The position numbers were made by a program, and so were the translations under genes. A stretch of DNA of 64,000 bases from Nitrosopumilus sp. (GTDB lineage: Archaea; Thermoproteota; Nitrososphaeria; Nitrososphaerales; Nitrosopumilaceae), in assembly GCA_965249555.1 (NCBI GenBank), contig OZ252243.1, positions 576,001 through 640,000 on the forward strand, written 5' to 3'. Of the stretch, positions 49,601 to 59,429 are shown one piece after another. Position 1 is the stretch's first letter. The number at the start of each line of letters is the position of its first letter. Under the pieces are notes generated by a model that was not told the origin of the DNA, did not search any database, and worked only from the letters and a program-made list of their open reading frames with translations.

Positions 49601-51154
49601 CTAAACCCCCAAAACCCCACTCATGTACGGAAGTATTGTTTTGTAGAAAATATCCGGATAAATTCCCAGAACAATGGAAAATCCTGCCAAGACCATCATT
49701 GGTGCAGTCATGTACCAGCTTCCTTCTTTCACATTTTCAAGATGTTCGGGAGTTTTTCCAAAGAATACGCGTTTTAGCATCCAGAGAAGATAAGACATTG
49801 TAAGAACAGTTGCAACAAGACCCAAGCCGAATCCTACTGCCCTAAGTGTAGAACCCTCTTCAAGTGCAGTCTCTAATGCACCAGCAAAGAGAATCCACTC
49901 TCCCATGAAACCGCTGGTTGGCGGTACACCCATTATAGTCAAGGCACCAATCACTGCACATACTGCCGTAATTGGCATCTTTCCTGCCAATCCTCCAAGT
50001 TTAGAGATACTTCGGGTTCCGACTTTGACGATAATGATTCCAGCCATCATGAAGAGAATGCCTTTTCCAATAGCGTGTGTCACATACATCATCTCTGCAC
50101 CAGTAAGACCAAGTACGGAAATTGTACCAATACCAAACAAGAGATAGCCCATTTGGCTGATACTAGAGTAAGCAAGAAGACGTTTCAGGTCATCTTGCAT
50201 CAGTGCCATTGCACCACCATAAATCATTGTTACAAGACCCCAAATGTAGAACCATATTGATAGGTCTGCAAATGTTGCAGGTAAGAATTCAACAATTAAT
50301 CTGAAAAGACCATAAGCGCCAATTCCGATCATGGCTGGAGACAGTAATGCACTAATTGGTGTTGGTGCAGCTCCGTGGACATATGGAAGCCAGATGTGGA
50401 ACATAAAGACTGCTAGCTTAACACCAAGACCTAACGCAATTGCAACTGCAGAAAACATTGCAATGTCTTGAGGAATTTCTGATTCATTAATATCTGCAAA
50501 GTCAAAACTTCCAACAGTGAGACCAATCATCAAAAATCCCAATAGCAAAACAACTGCACCTGCATGAGTCCAAAACAAGAACATCAAACCAATCTTTCTT
50601 CTTTGACCAGCACCCCAGAGTGCAACCAGGAAGAAGCCAGGAATCAACATGATCTCAAAGAATACAAAGAATTCAATCAGGTTTGTTGCAAGAACGGTTC
50701 CAAGCATTCCCATCGCAAAGAGAAGATAAAGTGCAAAGTACAATCCTGATTTGGCATTTACGTAATTTGTAAGAGCAGTTGATTCAACTACTGCAGTTTG
50801 TTCGCCCCCAGATGAATGGATGTTATTTTCTTCTTCGAATTGATGATGGAATATGTGAAGCATGTATGGCTTTGAGTAAAGTGCCAGGATTGTAGATAGA
50901 ACATAAATCATTATTGCAAATGGTGATGCTAAACCATCCAGCAAGAAACCAAACTCACCAAACTGGGTTGTCCACGGATAATGCTCCTCTACAGTTCCAG
51001 AAAGTGCGGCATTGATGATTAGAATTGTTGCATAAAGCAGGACTGCAAATGTAAACCACATTGCAGGTGTAGGACCAAACTTTCTTCCAATAATGTATGC
51101 GACAGGAGCTAACAGTAGAGGCAGTATAACTGCCTGCAATAATGCATATTCCAT
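49601..51154 (-). CDS. nuoM: NADH-quinone oxidoreductase subunit M
   Basis: HIWLPYVHGAAP and DLKRLLAYSSISQMG motifs. Confidence 0.93.
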   Translation of the reverse strand: MEYALLQAVILPLLLAPVAYIIGRKFGPTPAMWFTFAVLLYATILIINAALSGTVEEHYPWTTQFGEFGFLLDGLASPFAIMIYVLSTILALYSKPYMLHIFHHQFEEENNIHSSGGEQTAVVESTALTNYVNAKSGLYFALYLLFAMGMLGTVLATNLIEFFVFFEIMLIPGFFLVALWGAGQRRKIGLMFLFWTHAGAVVLLLGFLMIGLTVGSFDFADINESEIPQDIAMFSAVAIALGLGVKLAVFMFHIWLPYVHGAAPTPISALLSPAMIGIGAYGLFRLIVEFLPATFADLSIWFYIWGLVTMIYGGAMALMQDDLKRLLAYSSISQMGYLLFGIGTISVLGLTGAEMMYVTHAIGKGILFMMAGIIIVKVGTRSISKLGGLAGKMPITAVCAVIGALTIMGVPPTSGFMGEWILFAGALETALEEGSTLRAVGFGLGLVATVLTMSYLLWMLKRVFFGKTPEHLENVKEGSWYMTAPMMVLAGFSIVLGIYPDIFYKTILPYMSGVLGV

Positions 51155-51459
51155 TATCCCTTCAGGCTCCTAAAGTCTGCAATATCGACATTTTGATACA
51201 TTCGATAAGCTACGATAATCAATGAAAGTCCGATTGCCACTTCTGCTGCTGCAATTGCAATTGAGAATAAGGCCAAAGTCTGACCGCCACTGTCAGGTAT
51301 GAATCTACCAAATGCGACAAGGTTAAGATTTGCAGCATTGATAATTATTTCAATTGCAAATAACATTCGAATAAAGTTACGTTTTACTGCAAGACCGTAA
51401 ATTCCTATGCCCAAAAGAGCAACAGAGACTAGTGTAAAATCAATTAGTTCGTTGGCCAT
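51154..51459 (-). CDS. nuoK: NADH-quinone oxidoreductase subunit K
   Basis: RNFIRML..E..IAAAEVAIGL. Start ATG 51459. Confidence 0.95.
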   Translation of the reverse strand: MANELIDFTLVSVALLGIGIYGLAVKRNFIRMLFAIEIIINAANLNLVAFGRFIPDSGGQTLALFSIAIAAAEVAIGLSLIIVAYRMYQNVDIADFRSLKG

Positions 51460-51952
51460 CTTCCACATCCACACGTCTAGCTAAAACTAGTGCACCAGTT
51501 ACAGTACCTGCCAAAATTAAACCCATCAAAATTAACGCAGGCCAGTAATAAATTACAAAGTCGGCGCCAATATCTCTAAAATCAACTGGGGGTTCATCAG
51601 TAGTTATTGTTTTGATTCCAGAATCTACAAATACTGCACCTAGTGACACCATTACGATAAGCATCAAACCAATTCCTGCAAACTTTCTTCTCTTGTCTTC
51701 AATTTTTTTGAAGATTAACTCTCTTTTTACTAACATGACAGTAAATAAAATTAAAACAGCAATAGAGCCAACATAGACTGCTATTTGGAATAACGCGACA
51801 AATGGTGCATCTAGCAATAAAAAGAATCCAGCAATTCCACCAAGAGTTCCCATCAAGGCAATTGAGCCGTAAATTAATGATCTCATTTCAAGTGCAGCAA
51901 TTGCAGAACCGATTGTAATTACAGTTAGTGCAAGAAATGCAACATCAGCCAT
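51440..51952 (-). CDS. nuoJ: NADH-quinone oxidoreductase subunit J
   Basis: APFVALFQIAVYVGSIAVLILF motif. Confidence 0.95.
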   Translation of the reverse strand: MADVAFLALTVITIGSAIAALEMRSLIYGSIALMGTLGGIAGFFLLLDAPFVALFQIAVYVGSIAVLILFTVMLVKRELIFKKIEDKRRKFAGIGLMLIVMVSLGAVFVDSGIKTITTDEPPVDFRDIGADFVIYYWPALILMGLILAGTVTGALVLARRVDVEDGQRTN

Positions 51953-52442
51953 GTGATGCGCCTCTATCAGTAATTATGATTTCACTATCTTGTGCAACAA
52001 ATGGCTTTACCTGAAGCTGGGCAGGAGTATAGATTAAACCCTCTTTGGAAAACGAAGATAGTTCATAGTCATTAGTCATGTATAGCGCATAAAATGGGCA
52101 TGCATCAACACAGAGACCACAGAAAACACATTTGCCATAATCAATCTGAGGCATGATTGCTTTTTTGTTGTGTTTATGCTCTTCTGGAACCTTTACCATT
52201 GCAATTGCTTCGGCAACCCCTTCACATGCAATGGAGCACAACTGACAGCCAGTACAGTGATCATGAAATAACAGATGGCGCCCCTTTAGTCCTGCAATTC
52301 CTACACCAGTTGATGGATCAAATTGATATCCATCTCCTACAAACTTTAGTTTCTCTTCAGGGTAGCGAAGTGTAAATCGCTTTACTGCAAGATGCTTAAC
52401 TCCCGAGTTTAATGCGCGGATAATACCTGTAGCAGTTCCCAT
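51945..52442 (-). CDS. nuoI: NADH-quinone oxidoreductase subunit I
   Basis: TLRYPE and two CxxCxxCxxxC clusters. Confidence 0.95.
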   Translation of the reverse strand: MGTATGIIRALNSGVKHLAVKRFTLRYPEEKLKFVGDGYQFDPSTGVGIAGLKGRHLLFHDHCTGCQLCSIACEGVAEAIAMVKVPEEHKHNKKAIMPQIDYGKCVFCGLCVDACPFYALYMTNDYELSSFSKEGLIYTPAQLQVKPFVAQDSEIIITDRGASHG

Positions 52443-53755
52443 TATTGTAACCCTCCTGGCCCAAGCACTCCAGCGTAAAGCAAACCAAGTGCAATAAAGA
52501 TGTTAATGAAACAAAGGCCAATAAGCTTGGTCCAACCAAGATTCAACAACAGATCAACTCTGACTCTTGGGAACACACCTCTTGGCAATATTATAAAGAA
52601 AATCACTCCAGCTGTTTTGAGAACAAACCAAAGTGTTCCATTAAGCATTTCTTGTGTTATTGTCTCATGAAGTAACGGTCCCAATCCATCAACAGTGAGA
52701 GTGATAGGACCCATTTCAATCCCTTCAGTAATAATTTGCTCTGGGAATGCAGGTACAACCATTGGTCCATTCCAACCACCAAGGAACAAGACAACAAACA
52801 AGGCTGCAAACGCATAAAGTTTCAGATAGGATCCTAGTTGGACAAGCCCATACATCATTCCTGAGAGTTCTGTTAACCATCCGGCTACAATTTCACTTTC
52901 TGCTTCTGGCAGGTCAAATGGAATTCTTTCTAATTCTGCAAGCATTGTAATAAAAAAGACAATAGCACCAATTGGTAAAAATATAATCCAGGGGAAACTA
53001 GATTGACTTGCTGAAATTTCAGACAGGTTTAGAGTTCCAGTCAGCATAACAACTCCCAGCAAAGACAGGATTAACGGAATTTCAAATGAGACCATTTGGA
53101 ACAAGGCTCTGATGCCTCCAATGAATGGATACTTGCTGTTTGCAGACCATGCAGAAAGAATTGTGATTATTGGAAAGAATCCAATTACTGCAAATACTCC
53201 AAGTAATCCCAAGTCAACATCTGCAACTACCCAACCGGGAGCTACTGGAATTAACGCAACAAATGCGGCTGCTGTTGCAACAAAGAGTACTGGCGCTGCC
53301 CAGAAAATTGGTTTGTCAGCTTTTGCAGGAATAATAATTTCTTTAGAAATTAATTTCAGCCCATCACCCATTAACTGTAAAATACCTTCAACTTTTCCGC
53401 AGTAGAAAGGACCAACCCTTAGTTGTATTTTTGCCATCATCTTTCTTTCAACGAAAATTACAGAAGCCGCCAATAATGCTGCAAAACCAAATCCGGGAAA
53501 TGCCATTACTCTGAAGATATCAGTTGTCAGGAATGCATGTATTATTGGAAGAAGGCGTGTGGGGTTTACCAAAGCAGAAAATGCAAGAAATGGCGTAAGT
53601 AGTTCTCCATCAATTACAGGCAATGGAATGACAAATAAAATCATGAAGATTGCCGGAACACCAACTAAAACCAATAACAGCAAGATCCAGAAAATATTGT
53701 CAAGTAATGATTGGATAAATCCACTTAGTTTGAAATTTGGTGCAATAACTGACAT
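52442..53755 (-). CDS. nuoH: NADH-quinone oxidoreductase subunit H
   Basis: ERK..Q.RVGP, DGLKL.SKE and RIPFDLPEAESE motifs. Confidence 0.95.
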   Translation of the reverse strand: MSVIAPNFKLSGFIQSLLDNIFWILLLLVLVGVPAIFMILFVIPLPVIDGELLTPFLAFSALVNPTRLLPIIHAFLTTDIFRVMAFPGFGFAALLAASVIFVERKMMAKIQLRVGPFYCGKVEGILQLMGDGLKLISKEIIIPAKADKPIFWAAPVLFVATAAAFVALIPVAPGWVVADVDLGLLGVFAVIGFFPIITILSAWSANSKYPFIGGIRALFQMVSFEIPLILSLLGVVMLTGTLNLSEISASQSSFPWIIFLPIGAIVFFITMLAELERIPFDLPEAESEIVAGWLTELSGMMYGLVQLGSYLKLYAFAALFVVLFLGGWNGPMVVPAFPEQIITEGIEMGPITLTVDGLGPLLHETITQEMLNGTLWFVLKTAGVIFFIILPRGVFPRVRVDLLLNLGWTKLIGLCFINIFIALGLLYAGVLGPGGLQ

Positions 53756-54940
53756 TTACCTGTCTGCCTCCACTGGCCAATAATTAAGACTCCAATAAAC
53801 TGATGGCATGTTGCCAAGTTTTTCACCTTTGAGAAGATATGGTAATGCAATCAGGTTTCTAAAGGAGGGAACACTCATCTTTAATCTGTATGGTTCAGGT
53901 TTGCCATCTGAAACAATATAGTAGCCTAAAGAACCCCGACCAGACTCTACACGTTTGTATACTGTATCAAATCCTTTCCCTTTTGGATTTGGTTTTAGTT
54001 TAACTCTAACAGAACCGGACTTTGGCATTTTTTGTAATGCTTGTCTAATTATGTTGCAGCTTTCCATCATGTCAAGCCACGGGATTTTGGATCTTGCATA
54101 AGCATCTCCTGCTGTCATCACGTTAGTGTGAATGTCCAACTCATCATAAACATCGTAAGGTTCTTTCTTTCTAAGATCAAAATCAACGCCACTTGCACGA
54201 AGTACAGAACCAGTTGTTCCAAGTCTAATTGCATCTTGGCGCGATAGTACACCAGTATCTTGGGTTCTTGAAATTAGAATTGGGTTGTCATAAAAGACTG
54301 CAGCATATTCTTTGATACGTTTTTCAAAATAGTTGACTTGACGTAAACAGACATCTTCAAAGTTTGGTGGCAAGTCATTTCTTACTCCGCCAGGAATAAA
54401 ATGTGCATGTGTGACTCTAGCACCAGTCATTTTTTCCATTAGATCAATTAAGAGCTCACGGTCACCTGCGGGCCACATAAACATTGTAGAATGTCCTAAG
54501 AAAATTCCATAAATTGCAAGCCAATACATTATGTAGATACACCTGTTTAGCTCAGCTGCAATGACTCTGACATACTGTGCACGCTCAGGAACTTCAATTC
54601 CAAGAAGTTCTTCAACTCCCAATACATATGGATAAAGAACATTACATGAATCATGGATTACTGGTCTTTCCAAGTGAGGGACATTTGTGATATAGTTTCT
54701 ATATTCTGCCATTTTTTCTTCTCCGCGGTGTACGTATCCAGGATCAGGATCGCAGGCAACAATATAGTCACCATCAATTTGTACAATAAGTCTCATGTGA
54801 CCAGAACCCGGATGCTGTGGTCCAACATTAAGAGTCATGATTCTCTCATCAACTTTTTTGAGTGCTAATCCTGGTGGTAACCAATCAGATGATGGTTTTT
54901 CCATCTGTATTTCTGATGATGCTGGTAATTCTGTAGTCAT
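53756..54940 (-). CDS. nuoD: NADH-quinone oxidoreductase subunit D
   Basis: GPQHPGSGHMRL, GYVHRGEEK and C-terminal EADR. Start ATG 54940. Confidence 0.95.
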   Translation of the reverse strand: MTTELPASSEIQMEKPSSDWLPPGLALKKVDERIMTLNVGPQHPGSGHMRLIVQIDGDYIVACDPDPGYVHRGEEKMAEYRNYITNVPHLERPVIHDSCNVLYPYVLGVEELLGIEVPERAQYVRVIAAELNRCIYIMYWLAIYGIFLGHSTMFMWPAGDRELLIDLMEKMTGARVTHAHFIPGGVRNDLPPNFEDVCLRQVNYFEKRIKEYAAVFYDNPILISRTQDTGVLSRQDAIRLGTTGSVLRASGVDFDLRKKEPYDVYDELDIHTNVMTAGDAYARSKIPWLDMMESCNIIRQALQKMPKSGSVRVKLKPNPKGKGFDTVYKRVESGRGSLGYYIVSDGKPEPYRLKMSVPSFRNLIALPYLLKGEKLGNMPSVYWSLNYWPVEADR

Positions 54941-54942
54941 CT

Positions 54943-55539
54943 CTATCTTCCCTTTATTGCAAAGTCCTTTCGAAGTGGAGGCAAGTCTGCCCAATCTTCT
55001 GGCAAAAGTAATCTTCTGTTATCAGGATGGTTTTCAAAGAAAACACCAAACATTTCAAAAACTTCCCGTTCATGAAACTCTACACTGTAAAATATATCTC
55101 TAAGACTGGGAAGTTTTGTCGCGTCATTTCCAGGAATTGGATTTTCTTCTCGTTGGGCCCTAGTAGATAGGGCGATAATTTGTCTTGCTAATGAAGAATC
55201 AGAATAAGAGCCAATATGATAGACAACTTCAATCTCTTTGTCTTGCGGATAGTCTACGCCTGAAACAGATTCTACATGATCATAGTTTAATGCATCACGG
55301 ATGAACTCTGCAACGTCATGGATATTTTCCCGACTTGCACTAATTCCAATCCTATCTTCTTTAACAAATGTAACTGCAACTTTATCACCGAATTTTTCAG
55401 TTATCTTATCGGAAATTCCTTTCTCAAATGCAGGTAATTCTACTGATTCTTCTGGTTTTTTTGCTACGGGTTTAGGCGGAGGAGGTGTTTTTACTTCAGG
55501 TTTAGCATCAGCAGGAGGATTTTCAGTCTCGGCACTCAT
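54943..55539 (-). CDS. nuoC: NADH-quinone oxidoreductase subunit C
   Basis: EREVFEMFGVFFENHPDNRRLLLPEDW..PLRKDF motif. Confidence 0.95.
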   Translation of the reverse strand: MSAETENPPADAKPEVKTPPPPKPVAKKPEESVELPAFEKGISDKITEKFGDKVAVTFVKEDRIGISASRENIHDVAEFIRDALNYDHVESVSGVDYPQDKEIEVVYHIGSYSDSSLARQIIALSTRAQREENPIPGNDATKLPSLRDIFYSVEFHEREVFEMFGVFFENHPDNRRLLLPEDWADLPPLRKDFAIKGR

Positions 55540-55555
55540 TATACAAACTTCCTAG
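55539..55555 (-). other. Possible orphan 3' end of nuoB (..RKFV*), candidate att site or breakpoint
   Basis: Minus strand CT AGG AAG TTT GTA TAA, with the stop overlapping the nuoC ATG (TAATG), but no nuoB ORF upstream. Similarity to the Nitrosopumilus NuoB C-terminus is from recall. Confidence 0.45.
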
Positions 55556-56236
55556 ATGTCATACATTTTAGCGTTTATTTGGGATTTTATGTATATACCA
55601 GAAGATCGATATTGGGCAAGATCTGTCATTTTTCCAGATATTAGTATGTGATTTTACTATTAAAACAAATGGTTTTGAAAATTCAGCGATTGCTGGATCA
55701 GTTTTTGATAACGCTTCTTTGGTATTTCGGCATTGTGGAAACCATTCATTTTTGACACGTTTGCAGACTAGATTCATCTGTTTGGATCCATTGGAAATGC
55801 TTTGTGACAAGAAAAAAGAGAGGTCACAAACATGTGATGGTTCTCTCCAAAAATACCAAAAAACAAGATGTTAAAAAATGCAAAATCTGCAAACATCATT
55901 TTTTTCTTTTCTAATTATTAATTATGACAATTTCATCATCAAATTAGTAGAATATTTTATTTACACACAAAAGCTAAACCCCCATTTTAATTCTTCAAAA
56001 AAAATTTAGGATGTAATTACAGTTTCTTTATCAAGTTTTCTTTCAAGTTCCACTATAGTTGTTGAGTTAACATCTAAGAGTACATTTTACCAAATATAAA
56101 ATTTATCAGTATCTACTGAAAAAACGTGGGTTTTTCTTTTATGTCTACACCAGTTATTTGTGAAAGAGTAACAACAATATTATCTAAAGTGTAATCTGAT
56201 ATTCCTTCTTTAACAATGATTTGTAATTTTTTCAAG

Positions 56237-56467
56237 TTACTTCTCGACGATTGTCAGATCAACCAAATTGTTACCAAATTTCTTTTCAATCTCGTGTGAT
56301 ACTTTGATGGCATCTTCCCAACTTGAGAATGTTTTTAGTGCAGTATGATCATAACTTTTATCCTTTACAGTCTTGTTTTTAAAATCAGGCATTAAAAGTT
56401 GAGTTTTTTTGCATGAATCCTCATCAATACAAGTCAAACGAAATTCAAAAACAGGCATTAGAAACAT
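56237..56467 (-). CDS. Small hypothetical protein
   Basis: 76-aa ORF with GGAGG just upstream, among decayed small genes. Confidence 0.5.
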   Translation of the reverse strand: MFLMPVFEFRLTCIDEDSCKKTQLLMPDFKNKTVKDKSYDHTALKTFSSWEDAIKVSHEIEKKFGNNLVDLTIVEK

Positions 56468-56971
56468 TCCTCCTTTAATTCCAAATAATAATGTAGGTTC
56501 AAACTAAACAATACATTCATCCCATAAACCCTCTCTAATTCTGTTTGGAATTGTTTGTTCTATTAACTGCTTTTCTATGAATACAGTTTTCATGATACAA
56601 ATCATCTGTTTCATTTAGATAGGATGTGGTTCATATATTTATGATGATCTTAATTAATATGCAGTTAAATATCAAACCAATTTTATTTCCTTATTATCAT
56701 AGGAATTATTTGAATATGGGTGTTCCAATCAGATACAAAACACCAATAAGAAATGACACATAGAATCTTGCTAGGGATTTTTATTTGTTTTGTAATCATT
56801 CCAATGAACAAAACATAATGAGATCCTTTGCTTTCTCTATTTGAATAATTTGAGAAATCGGTTAAAAATGAGAATTGATTATGTCCATGTCTCAATTATC
56901 TAATATTATAACTACAGGATCACATATAAAAATTTTAAAGATTTATACCATACTGATTATGTTTGTATAAT

Positions 56972-57946
56972 ATGAAATTTTTAGATGAAGATAGATTATT
57001 AGCAGAAGTAGAGTTAGAACCAACACAGGGTTCACGTTTCCAACCAACAGGATTCCCATCATTAGGATCTGCAGAATTCACAACTGTGGATAACGAAGGC
57101 AAAAATATTAACTCACTTTTAGTAGAATCTACACAATCAATGGCAAACAGATTAGAAGTTGTTTGTATGAATGATACAAAAACTGAACTTGTAGAAACAC
57201 TTTCTGATTTACCTGTAATAAAATTAAATGATTCAAATGGGAATTTTATAACAAATTCCATACTTGAAGCACATCGCATGAATTCATCATACCTACTAAA
57301 AGGAGAAAAAGGTAAATTGCTTCATAAGATATCAACCGATCTAGACATAACGGATAACAAAACACATGTTCCAAATATTTCAAAATTTGCAGAATTTGTT
57401 TTCAAATATGATACAAACTCCATTTTACACGGATTGTTTTTAGCTAACTCTGACATAGCAGGTGGTAGATACAAACTTACTCGTTCTCTTTCCTCATTTA
57501 TTGAAGCATCAAATATCAAAGTCAGTGTAAGTGGAGGAGTAAAGCTTGATCACATTGATCCAAAAGGTGGTGAAGGTGGAGCAGAAAAAGGATACGGGCA
57601 CATACCATACTCTAGAACAGAATACACAGCAGAATCAATAAAGGCATACTTTAGTATAGATTTGTCACTTATTCGTTCATATGGTCTATCTAATGTTGCA
57701 AATGAATTTCTATTGACATTTGCAATGTGGAAGATTCAATCTTTTCTTAAAACAGGACTACGACTTCGCACTGCATGTGATCTGAAAGTAAAAAATACCT
57801 TGGCTGTAACGTATCCAAACAACGTAACCATTCCAAGTCTAGATGAATTAGATACAGACTTGAGAAACAGTATAAAAAAATGTAAAAATGAAGGACTTTT
57901 TTGTACGGATCCGATAATCGTAGAACATATAGAGACAAAAAAGTAA
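56972..57946 (+). CDS. csb1: Type I-G CRISPR backbone Cas7 (Csb1)
   Basis: RFQPTGFP.LG, LLVESTQSMANRLE, LEAHRMNS.Y, SGGVK.D, G.GHIPY.R and GLRLRTACDL motifs. Start ATG 56972. Confidence 0.93.
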   Translation: MKFLDEDRLLAEVELEPTQGSRFQPTGFPSLGSAEFTTVDNEGKNINSLLVESTQSMANRLEVVCMNDTKTELVETLSDLPVIKLNDSNGNFITNSILEAHRMNSSYLLKGEKGKLLHKISTDLDITDNKTHVPNISKFAEFVFKYDTNSILHGLFLANSDIAGGRYKLTRSLSSFIEASNIKVSVSGGVKLDHIDPKGGEGGAEKGYGHIPYSRTEYTAESIKAYFSIDLSLIRSYGLSNVANEFLLTFAMWKIQSFLKTGLRLRTACDLKVKNTLAVTYPNNVTIPSLDELDTDLRNSIKKCKNEGLFCTDPIIVEHIETKK

Positions 57947-57956
57947 TGGAACCAAA

Positions 57957-59429
57957 TTGTTTTGTATTAGAATCTGTTTTTTAAGTGGAGCTTATCATGC
58001 AACTCCATGGGGTAAACATGTCAACGAAGGAATTCCAGAATGGCCGCCATCTAGTTGGCGTCTTCTGCGTGCAATCATAGCGTCATGGAAAAACACATGT
58101 TCAGATATAACAGAGGATACAGTATGGCCAATTTTGCAAAAATTAATACAAGAACCCCCAGAGTATTATCTTCCAGATGCAAGTGTCTCTCACACACGTC
58201 ATTACATGCCAACATACAATAAACCAACATTAATCATGAATACATTTGTAGTTACGGGAGACAGACCGTTAGACATAATATGGAAATATGTGGAATTAGA
58301 AAAAAATGAAATTGATACTCTTGAAAAAATTTTAAAGAATATGCATTATTTTGGACGTGCAGAGTCATGGTGTACTGCAGGCATACAAGTAAAACCAAAT
58401 GAACCAAATTGTAGCAAGTTTGATGAACAGAGCATCCCAAAAGATGTAGAGTTGGTAAGAGTTTTGGTTCCAAACAAAGGTGTAAAATTTAAAGATTTTT
58501 CAGAACAATTCAAAGAATTAAAAAAAAATAATACAGACAACATAAGTGTAACTACTCAACAATTACAAGACAAGGGATTCATAGATCCGCCAGGTGCAAG
58601 ATGGATTCGCTATACCAGACCAGTGAATTGTTTTGAAGCAAAGACAAACGATACAGTCACAACTGAAACATTATCAAAAGTAACACTGATTCGTTATGCA
58701 GTAGTAAATACAGTTAGGCCAGAAATCAAAGACACATTACGCGTCGGAGATTTAGCAAGAACCGCTTGCATGTCCAGATACGGTAAAAAGAAAAATGGCG
58801 GTACATCAAAAATATTTTCAGGTAAAGATGAAAATAAAAAGCCGTTAGAAGGTCACAAACATGCTTTTTATCTACCAACATACGAGACACAGAATAAAGA
58901 GATAGATCATATTACCATTTTTGCAAAAGGTGGGTTTAATGCAGATGAGTTAGATGTATTATTCTCGTTGAAGAGATTATACCGATATGATTTGATGGAC
59001 ATACGCCTGATCTTTGAAGATTGTGGTACGGTTGATAATTTTACAGACATTCCCATATTTAAAAAAGAGCGTGTTTGGGTATCTACCACGCCGATGGTTC
59101 TTTCTAGACACATCAAATATCGCGGAACGGGATCAAACAAACATATGGTTGATGGTCCCAAAGAACAAATTTCTAATGAAATAAAACAAAGATACGATTC
59201 TTCATATAAAATTAAAGACATACAAATAGATGAAAAACCAACAAACATGCATAATACAAATATCAAACCATTTGATTTTTTCAGATGGCGAAATCATGGA
59301 AGAGTGGGAAGTGATAAGACATACAAAGTTAGATTAGAGTTTGAAGAACCTGTAAAAGGACCAATTACATTGGGATATGGATCACATTTTGGATTGGGCA
59401 TGTTTGTACCAGAGGATTATCATGAATAA
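57957..59429 (+). CDS. csb2: Type I-G Csb2 (Cas5/Cas6 fusion)
   Basis: YHATPWG.HVNEG.PEWPPS.WRLLRA, HTRHYMP, YFGRAESW, H.HAFYLP and GPITLGYGSHFGLGMF motifs. Confidence 0.93.
   Translation: MFCIRICFLSGAYHATPWGKHVNEGIPEWPPSSWRLLRAIIASWKNTCSDITEDTVWPILQKLIQEPPEYYLPDASVSHTRHYMPTYNKPTLIMNTFVVTGDRPLDIIWKYVELEKNEIDTLEKILKNMHYFGRAESWCTAGIQVKPNEPNCSKFDEQSIPKDVELVRVLVPNKGVKFKDFSEQFKELKKNNTDNISVTTQQLQDKGFIDPPGARWIRYTRPVNCFEAKTNDTVTTETLSKVTLIRYAVVNTVRPEIKDTLRVGDLARTACMSRYGKKKNGGTSKIFSGKDENKKPLEGHKHAFYLPTYETQNKEIDHITIFAKGGFNADELDVLFSLKRLYRYDLMDIRLIFEDCGTVDNFTDIPIFKKERVWVSTTPMVLSRHIKYRGTGSNKHMVDGPKEQISNEIKQRYDSSYKIKDIQIDEKPTNMHNTNIKPFDFFRWRNHGRVGSDKTYKVRLEFEEPVKGPITLGYGSHFGLGMFVPEDYHE

Noticed and set aside
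46006-55539. Higher GC of the nuo cluster as a sign of horizontal transfer
   Set aside because: Explained by Gly/Ala-rich, highly expressed membrane proteins; gene order is the usual AOA one.
55538-56971. 11-bp inverted match GTTTGTATAAT before nuoC and before csb1
   Set aside because: Short and AT-rich, with no invertase nearby; cannot be distinguished from chance.
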